Of a stretch of 64,000 nucleotides of DNA, positions 39,031 through 53,066 are shown piece after piece. The notes beneath the pieces are model-generated. The model had not been told where the DNA came from, ran no database searches, and saw only the letters and a program-made list of their open reading frames with translations. Position numbers and translations under genes: made by a program. Origin of the DNA: Schmidtea nova (Eukaryota); assembly GCA_044892505.1 (NCBI GenBank), contig CM097883.1, positions 153,698,001 through 153,762,000 on the forward strand, in the 5' to 3' direction. How positions within the stretch are numbered: the first letter of the stretch is position 1; each line of letters starts with the position of its first letter.

Positions 39031-39546
39031 TTTAGTGTATGTGATAATTTTGTCATTGATTGAAAGTGCATTGATCTTTTCAAATAAAGTCTTTATTTTT
39101 TCCATAGAAACAATAATAAAACATAGACAAACAGTGCTGGTTCCTGAATTAAATCAAAATAAGATGAGCAAATTATCAAATCGGCATAGCTTGTATGCAT
39201 CTTTGCGCCTCAAATATTTTGAACACCAACTGTGAAGAGTTTTCCTGGTTCTGAAATTATGTATTCTCAAAGTTTCCAGAAAAAACCTCATTTATTGGTG
39301 AAAATTTCTCAAATTCTCAAAAAATGTTCAAATAATGAAAATGGCATCTCCATTTTTATCATTTTCCGAGCATTTAATTTAATCGATGAAGTAAATCAAA
39401 TATTTCTAGAATGTTCTTTCTATTTAATTTAATTTAAAAGTTAAATATTTTAGTTTTATAAAAATAAGTTTACATTTATACATAAAATTTTATTCATTAC
39501 TTTAATAAATTTTATTTTTATCAACATTTTACATAAATTTCATCTA

Positions 39547-40724
39547 CCCTGCTTTTTGGTTATAAGGTACTACTCCCTACTAAGGTACGACTTTATTAAA
39601 GTTTTTGGAAGCCCACGATTTTCGTACCATCTTTACAAAGGTACCACTTTTTACTAAGGTACTAATTCTACGTTATAATATTTAATAAAATATTTAAAAA
39701 AAAATTAAGATACTAATAATAAATCAATAATGTTGTTTAATTATATAATTAATTTAACAAATTCAAATCAAATTGAAAAATGGCAGACAAAAAACGAAAA
39801 ACATATACAATACAATTCAAAGAAGCTGCTGTGAATTATGCTTTGAATTCATCCATTTCAAAGGCAGCTGAACATTATGGCTGTCACATTAACCTCATCA
39901 AGCGATGGAAAAAACAAAAAGATCTTCTGCAATCGATTGGGAATAAAAATGCAAAAGTAGTAAAATGTTATCGTATCTGCTAATGAAAAATCTCAAATGA
40001 CTTCAACGGAAACTCTGCTGTGGCATGAAAAAGTTTGGATGAAAAGAAAAATGGCGCTTTTCAATAGAAAATCACTTATCATGATCGATTCTGCCCCTGG
40101 TCATCGCACTGATGAAGTCAAATCTAAATTTACTGCAGCTGGGACACTGATTAGTATGATTCCAGGTGGTTTAACAAAAAAATTTTAAGTTCTAGATATA
40201 AGTGTAAATAAATCATTTAAAACTCATCTCCGACGTCATTGGGAGAATTGGATGGTAAAAGGATATCAAGAATACACAAAGTCTGGAAATATGAAGCGAG
40301 CTTCCTACGAAGAGATTTGTCATCGGATATCTGAGGCATGGAAGGCAGTACCAGTTTCTGCAATAAAAAATGGTTTCAGATCGACAACCATTGATTTTTA
40401 TACAAAGACTTGGATGATATTATTGAGCCAATGGTTGAGGAATTGTTGGATGATAAAGATGAAGAAGAAAAAAACGATAATGATATTCGTGATCAGCTTA
40501 TTGATATATTTCTTGATGGAGAAAACTTTGCTAGTGAAGAGGAAGTAGAATTTTTTGAAAAAAAGTTTTTAATACTTTTTATATTTTCTGAGTATAAATA
40601 TTTTTACCGTTTTTTCTAAGGTTCCACTTGATACTAAGGTACCATTTTTTACTAAGGTACTTTTGGGCTCAAAAAAAAACTTTTAAAGTTTACTAAGGTC
40701 GTACCTTATAACCAAAAAACAGGG
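39547..40724 (+). mobile_element. Internally deleted pogo element (POGK-like: BrkDBD-type HTH + DDE_1)
   Basis: TA-CCCTG(C/T)TTTTTGGTTATAAGGTAC TIRs with TA TSD and repeated actaaggtac motifs. ORF pieces RKTYTIQFKEAAV, IMIDSAPGH, IPGGLTKKF*VLDISVNKSFK and TKSGNMKRAS. Confidence 0.92.
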
Positions 40725-43525
40725 TACTTTAATTTTAATTTTTTAAATTTACTTTTACATATTTTATATTTATGCTTTTAAATTTAATTATAAATTTTTT
40801 TGAATTTTTATATTTACCTAATTCTTTTACGAAGATTTTGTTTGTGTTTTTTTCGTGGTTACTTCTTGTTTTGTTCACTTTAAATTTTATTTTTGTTTTA
40901 ATTAATTTTTTCCTGTGTTTATAAATATTTATGTTTATTTGGTGTTTGCTAAGATATTCGAGTATATTTCTTGCGCGGTCTCTACATACACTCGATTCCA
41001 AATTAATAAGATTTAGTTTTTGCCCAACACTATATATTTCGACAGACTCCTCTCAATCTTCAGAAGATCCAAAAAAACTATTTTAAATTCTACAATAATA
41101 ATAATGTTGGACCGAGACAACTAAAAAGCCTTTAAAATAACATTAAAAAATCAGGAAAATACCTGAAATAAATAGTTTTTTAAAAAATTAAAATAAATCA
41201 TGCAAAAAGAATGAAACAAAAAGGAAATACAAATAATGAAAATTAAAATAGTTAAATAATAATAAAATGAATTAAATAAACAAATCAAAAAAGGGACAAA
41301 AATAACACTAAAAAAGAAGAAATAAAGAAAATAAATAAAGAAAATTATAAATATTAATAATAATTATAAATTTAATTAAATAGTAAAATATTTCAAATTA
41401 TTATTGGTTAAATAGAATAGAATAAAACATAACATTTTGAGGTGGCGGATCAACGTTGATTGGTTGATGTGAATTTTTATTAAAATTTGCATTATTTCAC
41501 AGAGTTCATTGGAAATCAACTATGAAAATCTTATTTAGAGAAAAATAAATCGGTAAATTATATTTGGACTTTTGATTTGGGTTAACCGAATAAATGTTTT
41601 GTCTCTACCATAAACAGAACGAGGATGAGCACTGACGGCTTCTCAATCTTCGTGAAGTTATCTTCTTGAATAAGTCTAAATTTGAAGAGTCGAATCGAAT
41701 CCCGAACTGGTGGAAATAACTATCTAAAGGGCTCATTGCAAAACTTTAAAGTAGTAGTTAGTGTTTTGAATTTCATTTGGAACCTAAGATTTCTGAAAAT
41801 CTGATTTTTGCGGGTAAAATACCATCGTAAAATCATAGTTTAATAGAGTATAACAATTGTCTGCATGATATGGAAGTGATTTGGCATTGAAAAAAATAAT
41901 GTCTACCCGAATGTGAGCAGGGATCACAAGGAAGGGAATCCGCGAAGAATCTAAACGAAAATAATAATATAATTAATAGTAATTTCAATAAAGTTCAAAC
42001 AAATTATAATCTTCACCCACCGTGTGTACCAGATCCTAATCCGTAAAACAAGTAGATTCTCACGGACAATACTTACACGATCCCTAGAAATAAGATCTGA
42101 TTAGATAAATAGTCAATAAGCGTAAATAATAGTATGAAGTAATTGCGTGAGAAATATCAGGAAGTGAACAAGATCAGTGTATTCACAGATAAATATCGTC
42201 ACAACTAACAATTGGAAGTGACAAGAAGGGTCGGATAATAGTACCAAGTGATGGAAATGAATAAATTAAGATAATATGCAATTTTAATTTAGTTAAATAT
42301 GAATACTTCAAAATTTTGAAGTTAAAGCCGATAAAGACTTTCAAAGAATCTAAACATAATGAATGGAAACAAAATTTACAAGGATATGACAGGCATCCTA
42401 TTAATCATTCCATTTCCTTATCCATCATCAAGAGAGGAATAAGCAATAGTGACACTCGCTCAAAGGTGTTGTAAACAAGGAATTTACTTACCAGTTACGA
42501 TTACTTATCGGTAAACCAAAGAATCGTACAACTGGAAAGTTGAATGCAACCTCTCAGGACGAACTTTATTTACGCTAAAATTCTGAGAAAGGGGAAAGGA
42601 ACCGCCAAAAATGGGTCAAATATGAAGGCTACATTCCCGTTACCAAGTTTACGAGAATAATAAGATTGGGCCGGTGAAACTACAAAGGAAGCCAATCTCA
42701 AATGAAAGATGTTGTCGAAGGAGAATGATTACATCGTTGTAGGAACTATACCTGATGAAGATGTAAATAAAAATGTGTAAATAAATTCTTTAACCTGCAA
42801 TCGTAATTGATTTTATTGTGAAATAAATATTACCTTTTATATGTAGTAGAGTAACCATATTGCGAGAAAAGGATCGTATTGAGCCTCTTTTTGAGATAGT
42901 ACATTAAATACTGTTTGGTGTGACGTTATACATCCAAGATGTCAGATTACGAATGTCAAAGTTTTAGTAATAAGTAAGGGGAGCAAATGTTCTAAATGAT
43001 AAATGTGAGGTTAGAAATAGAGACTAACACATGTCAACTATGTTGTTGTATTGGTGAATGGGATTCAGTTATTTGATGTTATTTTAATTTAGATTATTGC
43101 GCGACAATACGAGAAAAAAGCCTGACTATTTGTAAGTGTTTCAAACCTTAGAACAATGGAGTCTAATAAACGTAAAAAGTGAAACAACGAATTTAGGATC
43201 GAGAAGCATTTTATTTCCCGCCATCGTTCGAAAAAAGAAATACAACAAAAATAAGTTCAAACCGCAAAACCTCGAATGATATTTGAATTGGAGTTACAGG
43301 CAACTCGATGAGACCTATAAAACTGTCAAAGATTGCTGACCAAATCGTTTGTCGACCGAGAATTATTTGATTGAATCCTACCGTTACACTATGATAAATG
43401 GTTTCCGGATAAGTCAGCTGCAACCTTGACAAATTCTTCAACATCAGATCCCACTCTTCCATTGAAGAGAACAAAGTAAGTGAAACCAAGCCAAAAACAG
43501 AAGAGAAAACGTCAATTGCTTAAGA

Positions 43526-43728
43526 CAGCGGTTCCCCACCTTGGGGTCGCGACCCCAACGGGGGTTGCGTAACAATTTTCAAGGGGTCACCAAAACATAA
43601 TTATCATAATATTTGGCAACAAAAATGCTGTAACTGAAGTGCAACCCTATTGATTTTATTGCTTGGGTCGCCACAAATTGGCAAATGTTATCATGGGGTC
43701 ACAGCACCACAAAGGTTGGGAACCGCTG
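43526..43728. mobile_element. hAT (Buster-type) MITE
   Basis: CAGCGGTTCCCCACC / GGTTGGGAACCGCTG with perfect TSD GCTTAAGA. Confidence 0.95.
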
Positions 43729-44581
43729 GCTTAAGAAGGCAGTTTCATGCTCAATTGATTCATTAAGTTGATCGGTTGAATGAACTACGTGAATTGGAAC
43801 TAATCAACGAAATTGTGATCGCTTGAATTATGCGTATATCGCTGTAGTTGACTATTTGTTTTATTGCTAATTTTATCTCGTGTAGAAATTGTGTATATTT
43901 TATACAATGGAAATCTGGTAGTTAGATATGTATGATATTAGTTGAAAGTGAGAAAGTATAGACAAGATGTGAGCAAGAGGGAAGTACAAAACATACAGTG
44001 AGAGAATCATAGGTCTTCTATCCACCAAAAACTGAACCCAGTAATGAAGCTGGTTGACAAGGAGTAGTTTTAGTAACGAAGCTCACCTACTTGCTGAAAC
44101 CTCATACCACTGTATACATTACCAACGTTGCTTTTTATTGAATAACTACGGGTATATACGTGAGGAACATCAAATAGTACTATTTTCTTGAGAAGTGTAT
44201 AAGCATTGAATCACAGATTAATGGAAAAGAGAAGCGGACTGTGGTGGGCATATTTGGCGAAAATTCCGAAATGTATATATATATATTTAAAAATCTAACT
44301 ATACCCATGAAAATCTGATTCAGAGAAAATCTAAGTATATTAATGAAAATCTAATCAATTTTATGAATTGTTTTATAAATTCTGTAAGAAAGACTAAAAG
44401 TTTCTTTTTTTTTCTAAATTTTTGTAATGCTTTTTATAATTAAATGTGTAATTTATTATCTAGTGTTTTAATGCACTATTTTGTTTTTGTATAATTTTCA
44501 CTTTTAAAATATAAAAATTTACTTGTAATCAAACAAAGATTTTTTTTTTAATTTCAACTCAAACATAACTGTTAAGGCTAG

Positions 44582-45030
44582 ATGATTCCTCGATCATTTT
44601 CCGATTTAGGAAGAGCTGCAAAAGATCCATTTGATAGAAAACACAAATTTGGATTATATAATGCTGAAGTGTGTTCAAAAGACGGCACAGCTAATGTAGT
44701 AATGATAGGCAACCTATATGTGAAATCACAGTCATTATCGGGAACTTTTGAAACGACTCATTCAACACACGGAATCCATAGCAAAAACACTTTGTCAACC
44801 AAATATGCACTGACTATTGAATTGTTAAAAGTTGTCAAATTTGTGAAAGGGCCAAAATCAATCGGTATACTCTCGTTTGAGCCTGACACAAGGTCATTTA
44901 TTGCTAAGAATTTGTAAAAGAGAGATTGCTTGAATTTCAATTCGGAATGTGTAGTCAATAATGTGAAATCATTTATTAATTTGAATTTAGTTCCAGGATT
45001 TGAAACGCCCACTAAACGGACCACCGTACA
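44582..45030 (+). pseudogene. VDAC: VDAC (mitochondrial porin) 5'-half pseudogene in a cadherin intron
   Basis: MIPRSFSDLGRAAKDPFDRKHKFGL resembles the VDAC N-terminal helix. After an in-frame TAA (44915-44917) the same frame continues KRDCLNFNSECVV...LVPGFE, matching the VDAC YKRD/YKRE segment. Similarity is lost after about 140 codons. Confidence 0.75.
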
Positions 45031-45295
45031 CTACCCAACAGCAACACAATAACAACCAAAAAAATAAAATAATTATTTAAACAAACATGAGAACGATTTA
45101 ATTAATGTAAAAAGTCATTTACACAACATACGAACAATATATTTCGACAGAATCCTTGCCATCTTCAGGTATCCATAAAACTATGCTAAATTTAAATTAA
45201 TGAAACAATTATAAAATATAATTTTAATTTATTAAGAATCAAATCACAAATTAATATTAAAATGATTGAAGTTAATTTTCTTTTTAATAATGAAT

Positions 45296-45800
45296 GATAT
45301 CAACAAATAGACGGAGTGGCTATGAGCTCTCCTTTAGCACCAACGATGGCTTCAATACTTTTAGCGAGTTTAGAAAAGAAAATTACTTCTTTCCAATTTG
45401 AAAACCAATTCTATATAAAAGATATGTGGATGATATTTTTCTTATATTTAAAAATCAAGATCAATTGCAGCCATCTTTAGATTATATGAATGGTTTACAT
45501 AAAAATATCGTGTTCTTATGTGAAGCCGAGAATGAATCCTCGATAGCGTTTTTAAATCTGTTCATCAAAACTTTTGATTCAAAAGCAAGAATAAACAGTA
45601 TGAGACAGAGATTTTTAGAAAAACAACTGATAGTGGTATTTATACTACGCTGGAAAGTTTTTGTGAGTTTAAATATAAGTGAAATATTGCAAAAGGATTG
45701 ATTTATCTATCATGGTGTTTATCAGCTACTTTCAAAAATTCTGTAAAAAGTATAGATACACTATTTGAACTGTTAATAGAGAATGCTTATTCAAAACGAA
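45296..45800 (+). mobile_element. Penelope-like reverse transcriptase fragment
   Basis: YQQIDGVAMSSPLAPTMA, DDIFLIF and EAENESSIAFLN are typical PLE RT motifs. Frameshifted and followed by a (TAA)/(TTA) tract. Confidence 0.75.
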
Positions 45801-45832
45801 ATTAATAATAATAATAATAATAATTATTATTA

Positions 45833-45887
<55 letters not shown>

Positions 45888-47853
45888 CATTAATTACTAT
45901 AATAATAAATGAAATTTTCTTTTCTTTATTTAAAAAATTTCAATTTTAAGAGAAAAGTGAGGATTTTATTTCGAAGAATTCGGAAAATATTTTTATTCTT
46001 TACTATGGAGAAAAGTATATCAATTTCGTGCAATGTGCTAATTCAAAAAATAATTGTCAAGTTACTAATGTTGATCACAGAGAAATTCTCAAAAACAATA
46101 CTGATGTATTTTTTATTATTTATTATATAATTATATACATATAATTGTAAAATCTATTATAGAATATTTAAATAAATTACTAAAATCAAAAAAAGTAATG
46201 ATAAGAAATATAATGTGTTCTTAGGTCGAGTTTCTAGATTTCTTGCAAGTTTAACTGGGACTCCCCTATTTCAAAAAAGTAAACAAAATTACACCACATT
46301 TAATTTTTTCATCTCCCCCAAAATTTGGCTCTCTTGTGCTGCCATTTAATTTCTGATTAATTTTTATTTAGATCACATAAGAAAATAAAATCAACAAATT
46401 TCACGCCAGTAACGTATTAATAAATAAAACTCTTTACATTTTTGTGAGTAGTATATTGTTCCAATATCAAATATTATGAAAGTAATTCAAAATCTGTTTG
46501 TGGAATTTGTACGAAATAAATTCACATAGGTCAGGAGTGCATTAAAACTGGGCCTGTCAGTTATTTATGTCGAAAAGGTCGTAACAAAAGTAAGTGTGGT
46601 TTTGTTCATCGCACTTTGTAAAATGGTAAAATATAAGTATTCCGCATTGAACAAATTACATTTTGCTACATATTGCACTGTTTACAATATATTGAGCTAC
46701 ACCATTTCTAAATTCAATCTGATATAAAAACAGAAAACTCAGCACACTGCAATTGCATGCACACCTACTCACTAGTGACATGCAGTCAGAATCACGACTT
46801 TTGACTATTTCCTATCAAATCACTAACTGTGACATAAGTGTAACCTACAAAATTTTCAGCTTATAGTACATTCAATTTAAAAACAATGTATAAACAAATA
46901 AAAATAGAATTTAGACTAAAGAAGTCTAATTTTCTATAAAAACTTTACATTCATAAAGTCATTTTAATTCTTTTACCCGATGAAATATTTTCACATACTT
47001 TCATGGCGATGTAAAAATATATATTCATTACAGTTGCCCTCTTTTTATTGTTGAGGTTGTAAATATTCGCACAAAATTAAAGTGAAATGGAAAATATGGA
47101 AAATTAATTAAAATATCAAAAGTTGTAAAAATCAATATATTGAGTGGAAAAGGAGGTAATCAGTGCTGAATCGAAAGTAGAAAACGAAAAAATATATTTT
47201 AAATTATTTGGGATCCCTAGCAGGGCTCAGAGAATAAATACATAGTAATCAAATAATTTATCTCATTAATATTTTATGTAATCTCATCAATCAGTTGGAA
47301 AGAAAAACAAATTGTCAAATAAGACAAGTCGTGAAAATAAAATTAGAAAATAGAAAAATTGTTTGTCAAAACCAAAAGGGAAAGCCGGGAAAATATAAAA
47401 AATGTCCGTCAGAAAGTAAATGGTTTGTCGAATTTCATTCTTGCTTCGACAATCATTGATGGGAGTGGTATAGTATATAAACTCAACTAATTATCGTCAA
47501 ATTGCCAGGTGGTCGATGGCAGCAACTAACGAAACGAGTTTGAGATACTGAAGTGTATTTGCCAATCAGATTTTACTTCATTGCGTACTTTGGATTATCT
47601 AATCTGCATGTAATTTTTGTGATGAGTTTTAAAGAAAATTTGTTATTTGTTTAAAAAAAAATTTAATTTGTTAGGACTTTGTTATTATTTAAAATACACG
47701 AGGAGTCAGAACCAATTTAATTCCTACCAAACCACAAATGACCCAACATGATTGACATTTTGGTGGCTGTATTAATCTTAAAATATATACCGCTTTACTG
47801 TATTTATTTAAACTATAATGAGACCGCCTGCTTAATTAGTCAGTAAAATTTAG

Positions 47854-48077
47854 TGGATTTATTCATCATGCGAAAACGAGGGTAACGAAAGTCCTTGCAT
47901 TACCCTTAAAAAATTCACAAGCATTGTCAAAGTGAACAGAAATGGAACGGTAATTGGTACTGAAATTTTCGTTACAAAATCAGATATGGCAACATCATAC
48001 GAAAATCGAGAGATATGTCACAATGGGGGAATAGCCGAATATAATAATGACACCAAAAAAACAACGTTAGTTCTATA
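47854..48077 (+). CDS. Classical cadherin exon: end of NCCD and start of EGF1
   Basis: AG at 47852-47853, open frame WIYSSCENEGNESPC...IVKVNRNGTVIGTEIFV...EICHNGG, phase 0 to 2, followed by a 39-nt GT-AG intron. Confidence 0.8.
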
Positions 48078-48116
48078 GTAATTTATTTCACGTAATAATA
48101 TAAATTTCCTTTTCAG

Positions 48117-48438
48117 TTGTATTTGTCCTGATACCGATGCTTTCATTGAGCATGGCCCACTTTGTGAGGTTTCACAGCAAAGATTGAGCAACCCCAGTTA
48201 TTTGTATGTGCTTCCGAATTCCAAAAATTTGACAATTGAATTTTCTCTATCATCTCCTGGAATTCTTAAAATGAATCATATATTCCATATTAAGTCTGAA
48301 AATGGTAAAGTTCTTTTGGAATACCAACTAAACGAAGTTGTACATACTTTAAAAGTTTTGAACCGAGTCGAAAATATTACGTATCCCTTAGATACTAGAT
48401 GGACATGGCTGGATGTCTTCATCAGTATATCCACTGAC
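48117..48438 (+). CDS. Classical cadherin exon: EGF1 and first part of LamG1
   Basis: CICPDTDAFIEHGPLCE...LTIEFSL...RWTWLDVFISISTD, ttttcAG...GTAAGT, phase 2 to 0. Confidence 0.85.
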
Positions 48439-48867
48439 GTAAGTTACAATTTCCATTTTCGTTTACTCATCAGTTCTCTTATCTGTATTTTTCAGTAGCT
48501 TTTATAGAAATAAAATGCTTTTTTATAAATAATTTTAAATCCCAAATTTTGATGAGTACTTTTTTTTTCAATTATTCACCTAACACAAGGGTTCCTAAAC
48601 TTTTTCTCTTGTGGAGCACTTTTAGGGCCTTTAATTGTGATGGAGGACCTTGTGTACTTTGAAGGGTATCTATTAACACAATCAATAAATCTTAGAAAAA
48701 CAAAAAATATTTGTTTCGTAAAGTATTTATTTGAATTTTGAGCCATAACACATAACTAGGGCGGTTAGAATTTAATTTTTTTAGCATTTAGTATCTGAAA
48801 ATTGCCAATTTTAGCCTTTAAAAAAGATTTAACATTTAAAAGCTAAATTTTAATCATTTCTTTATAC

Positions 48868-50131
48868 CAGGGGTAGTCAACCTTTTCATACCTACCCCCC
48901 CCCCTTTTTCACCTCGATTGGTAGTAAAATATTCTTAGCGCTCACCTGCTCTACAGTATTGATAATTGATAAAGTAGGAAGGTTTAAACAATTTATAAAG
49001 TAGAGTTACAGAAAATTAAAGCATACCAATACAATATTTTAGGAATATTATTTTTTGTCAAGTATGATTTCACAGTAGTAAATATGGATAATCCAGTTGT
49101 ATCCATAATAAGATTTATTGCGAATAGCATTTCTTCTTGTAATATAATATTTTCATCAAAATAATGTACATATGACATCAATAAAGCGTTATTGTCTGCA
49201 ATGGTAGACTCATCCAATTGCACGGAAAATTATTATTGTTGAAAAACACTAATCAGTTTACTTTCTACGTTAACTGCCGTTTCTTCAATTCTACGCTTTA
49301 CCGTAGTATCGCTTAATTGCAATGTTTTTAAAGCTTAATGTATATTTTGATGCATGACTGTGGTGATGAATTCTTTCATTAAAGGTATTATTAATGTTTC
49401 TCCAATGTTATAACTTTTACCACTTTTTGCAATTAATTGCGATAAGCGATAAGAGGCAAGTAATCCATTTTCATTTGCTGCATTTGGTTTTTGTTCGGCT
49501 TGTCTTTATCATTTGGATGTTGTTTATACAGATGTTCTTGCAATCTACTTGGCTTCATTGCCTCATTTGATAGTGTTTTATTACGTATAAAACACATTGG
49601 GTTTTGTTTATTTATGATGCTTTCAATGAAACCCAACTTCAAATATTCCGGTGAATAGCCACGAGCGTATTTCTTTTTTGAGACATTTTGTAAAGTTTTT
49701 TCAATATTTCTATAAAATAAAAATATTAATATAATTTGACTTGTTGATTATTCAGAAATCTAACAAGGCACTTATTAGAATCTTTCATCTTCCCTCATAT
49801 CCCACAGCTGCCACCATATTACGATTTTACAATTATAAAAAAGCTTAACTGGTTTTAAGTTGTTATGATATTCAACAAATTTACCATCTTCATTTTTATT
49901 TCAATTTTTCAATTTAAATATTTTTCAATTTTAACTTTTAAATGTTTTCTTTTAATGTTAACTTTTAAATGTTAACTTTTAAAAATGTTTTCAACAATAT
50001 ATTTTTTTTTAAAAATCAATTATATTTGAACTAACAGGAAGTATCTTTCTATATCGGAAAAAATCCTACCGCCCACCAAAATATCCCTATCGCCTACCAG
50101 TGGGCAGTAGGGACCAGGTTGACTATCACTG
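48868..50131 (-). mobile_element. Internally deleted hAT/Buster (SCAND3/ZBED5-like) element
   Basis: TIR CAG(G/T)G(G/A)TAGTCAACCT with perfect TSD CTTTATAC. Motifs LSNEAMKPSRLQEHL and QLDEST...EEMLFA. Confidence 0.95.
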
Positions 50132-50365
50132 CTTTATACAAACCGCTTTTGAAGTAATTATTTGCAATTAAAAACGATTATAACAGAGAGAAAAATCACT
50201 AAAGATATTGTCAGTGCTAAAGTTTTTATGATCATTTAAAATTTTTTTTAACATAGAATAATTTCTTTCTACTTTAAAAGAGTTTGGATCCAGTGTAATT
50301 TTTCCCTCATTGAAGAAAATAGTACGGTTCATCCAAACTTTGTATCTCAATTTACAATTATATTG

Positions 50366-50449
<84 letters not shown>

Positions 50450-50699
50450 TTTCTGTTTGTTTGCAAATTTAATATACAAATTTTTATACAAATTTAAAGT
50501 TTTTTTATGTCAAAAAATTAAAGATTTTACCCAAAATTTAGCATTTTATAGGAAAACATAATAAATCATAATATTAAAATAAAAAATAGAAAAAAATACG
50601 TAATTATTTCCAACTTATTTGGTAATTATTGTAATTATTTTAATTTATACAACTTTATTCTAAAACTGCAGAGACATCCGAAAATAACTAGATTTCTAG

Positions 50700-51150
50700 A
50701 GGACATAACAAATATAAGAGAAGAATTTTCCGATATAGATGAAAATGATTTTGATTCTGAAAATGGACTAGCAGATATTTCAGAGGATCAATTAAAAAAG
50801 AAGACGTGTATAGCGATAGTGAAGAAGAGAACCTTTTAAATATACGGAGACTAAAAAGAACTTTGAGATTACCATCATCTTCGGATGAAAGGGAATGTCT
50901 GCAAACTGAAATTGCTACTGATGGAACCATCTGGAATGAAATAAAAGCTGGATCCCCTCCAGAAAGGAAATCAATAAATACCGCTTTCAAAAACGTAATT
51001 GTACCTATTGGGTATGCTAAACGAAACATAATGAAAGGTACGATAACTAGTGCTCTTTCATTGTTAATCAATCGTCAAATTATAAACCATATTATACGAT
51101 AAACAAAACTAGAAGCTTTCCGAGTTCTTTGTAACAAATGGGACCTCTCA
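50700..51150 (+). mobile_element. piggyBac transposase N-terminal remnant, cut by a gap
   Basis: Acidic N-terminus, then DGTIWNEI...PIGYAKRNIMKG..SALSLLI...*TKLEAFRVL, a PGBD-like segment. Terminus not found. Confidence 0.65.
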
Positions 51151-51645
51151 TTTTCTCATTTCAGAAATTTTCATTTTTTATTAAGATCAAATATTTTTCT
51201 CGATTTTAAATTTTCAAGGGCTTTATTTTGGTTAAAAAATATTTGAATAAAAAATCACAAAACTCTTTCTTAATCTTCTTTTTAAATTAGTAATAAANNN
51301 NNNNNNNNNNNNNNNNNNNNNNNNNNNNNNNNNNNNNNNNNNNNNNNNNNNNNNNNNNNNNNNNNNNNNNNNNNNNNNNNNNNNNNNNNNNNNNNNNNNN
51401 NNNNNNNNNNNNNNNNNNNNNNNNNNNNNNNNNNNNNNNNNNNNNNNNNNNNNNNNNNNNNNNNNNNNNNNNNNNNNNNNNNNNNNNNNNNNNNNNNNNN
51501 NNNNNNNNNNNNNNNNNNNNNNNNNNNNNNNNNNNNNNNNNNNNNNNNNNNNNNNNNNNNNNNNNNNNNNNNNNNNNNNNNNNNNNNNNNNNNNNNNNNN
51601 NNNNNNNNNNNNNNNNNNNNNNNNNNNNNNNNNNNNNNTTTTAAG

Positions 51646-51798
51646 GAAGTGATCTTCAAAATAAATGAAAAGGAAAATCGTATGTCTGTGAAGCTACCCG
51701 ATCCACTGAAGTTGGATACGTATCCTTTAGTACTTTATGAAGGTGAAACAACAAAGTATGTCCAAATATGTATCAGTAATCTGAGAGTAAATGCAAAA
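51646..51798 (+). CDS. Classical cadherin exon: second half of LamG1
   Basis: EVIFKINEK...KLDTYPLVL...VQICISNLRVNAK, phase 0 to 0, GTAATT donor. The acceptor lies just after a gap. Confidence 0.75.
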
Positions 51799-52020
51799 GT
51801 AATTTATTTATTTTTGAGTTTGTTAAATAGTTCTGTAAGGAAAATATTTAAATTGTATGATAAAAAAGTTTTTAAGGTAAATTTTTATTATTTTTAATTG
51901 GAAATTTTTCATTTTGTAATAAATATATGATATTGGACTACTTGTTTTAATAAAACCGCAAAAAATATTTATTAACAGTTTTACGTAAAAATATTAAAAA
52001 TGTTTTTTTCAGGGGTATGT

Positions 52021-52097
<77 letters not shown>

Positions 52098-53066
52098 TCA
52101 TTAACGTTATCCTCACACTTGGAAAAGTACCTCTAACATAATAATTTATAATATTTTTGGATTGATTTTCATCAAATATAACATTTAATATATCTCTATC
52201 TTTTTGTTCAAGAGTCTCTGTCTCAAATCAATGAAAAATTTTCCACACCCTTAATTATTTTTACTGAAATTCCAGTCTGCTTTCCAGAAGTCTTGGTCAC
52301 TTTTGATCATTATTTTGTAAAATATTGAATTATTCATGAAGGGCGTGAGATGAAATTTAACGTTTTTAACTTAAACTTAAATAAAAGAAATAAAAGTTAC
52401 AAAATTTTTTAAATAGGATAGTTTTCAATATAAAATTAATTGATTGATGATATTGAATGATTTAGAAATGATAAATCTGATGGGAATATATAGCATTTTC
52501 ATAAATTCAACTATAAGAGTTTAAATTGATTTTATAAATAGTTGAAATTATTATGAAAATGCTATAGATATAAAATTCTCCTTAAATTGACGAAAATACA
52601 CTCATTAAGGAAACTGTGTAGATGGGCAGAATTGTCAAATTTTTTCGATGGCATGATTGACGAAACATTGATTTCAAAGAATCTTAAACTCAGAACTTTA
52701 ATGTTTGATAAATATATTGACGAAAGAAAAAGTATTTCAGACTTAGACGAATTGTTGGAAAAATTTTAAATATCAATGTCTAATTATGAATTATTGAAAT
52801 TAGTTAATTTTTTTATTGTTAAAAAAATAAGAAATTAGTTTATATTTTATTGTTAAAAAAAGTACTTTTAGTAAATTACCTTTTAGTTATTTTTTTATGG
52901 AAAATTTGGAAATTATGATTTATTTTTTTAAATTTGGTTTGTAAAAGGTTGTTTTAATATTCAAAAGGAAATTTTGTAAATTAGTTTTTCAAAACAATAA
53001 AGATTTGTGAATTAACATTTAATTATTATTTATTTTAAATTATATCAATAAAATATTTTTAGACAA

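Noticed and set aside
5467-42790. Hammerhead ribozyme candidates at CTGATGA motifs (5467, ~18915, ~26008, 42752)
   Set aside because: None is followed by a stem II and GAAA core that I could pair. An Infernal search would be needed to exclude them fully.
47380-47600. LAGLIDADG-like or Merlin-like peptide (FILASTIIDGSGIVY)
   Set aside because: A short chance-level match flanked by stops, with no supporting motifs.
50310-50561. ORF with YIYIYI run; also ORFs spanning N gaps (6439, 10202, 10206, 51282, 59393-59900)
   Set aside because: Artefacts of microsatellites and assembly gaps.
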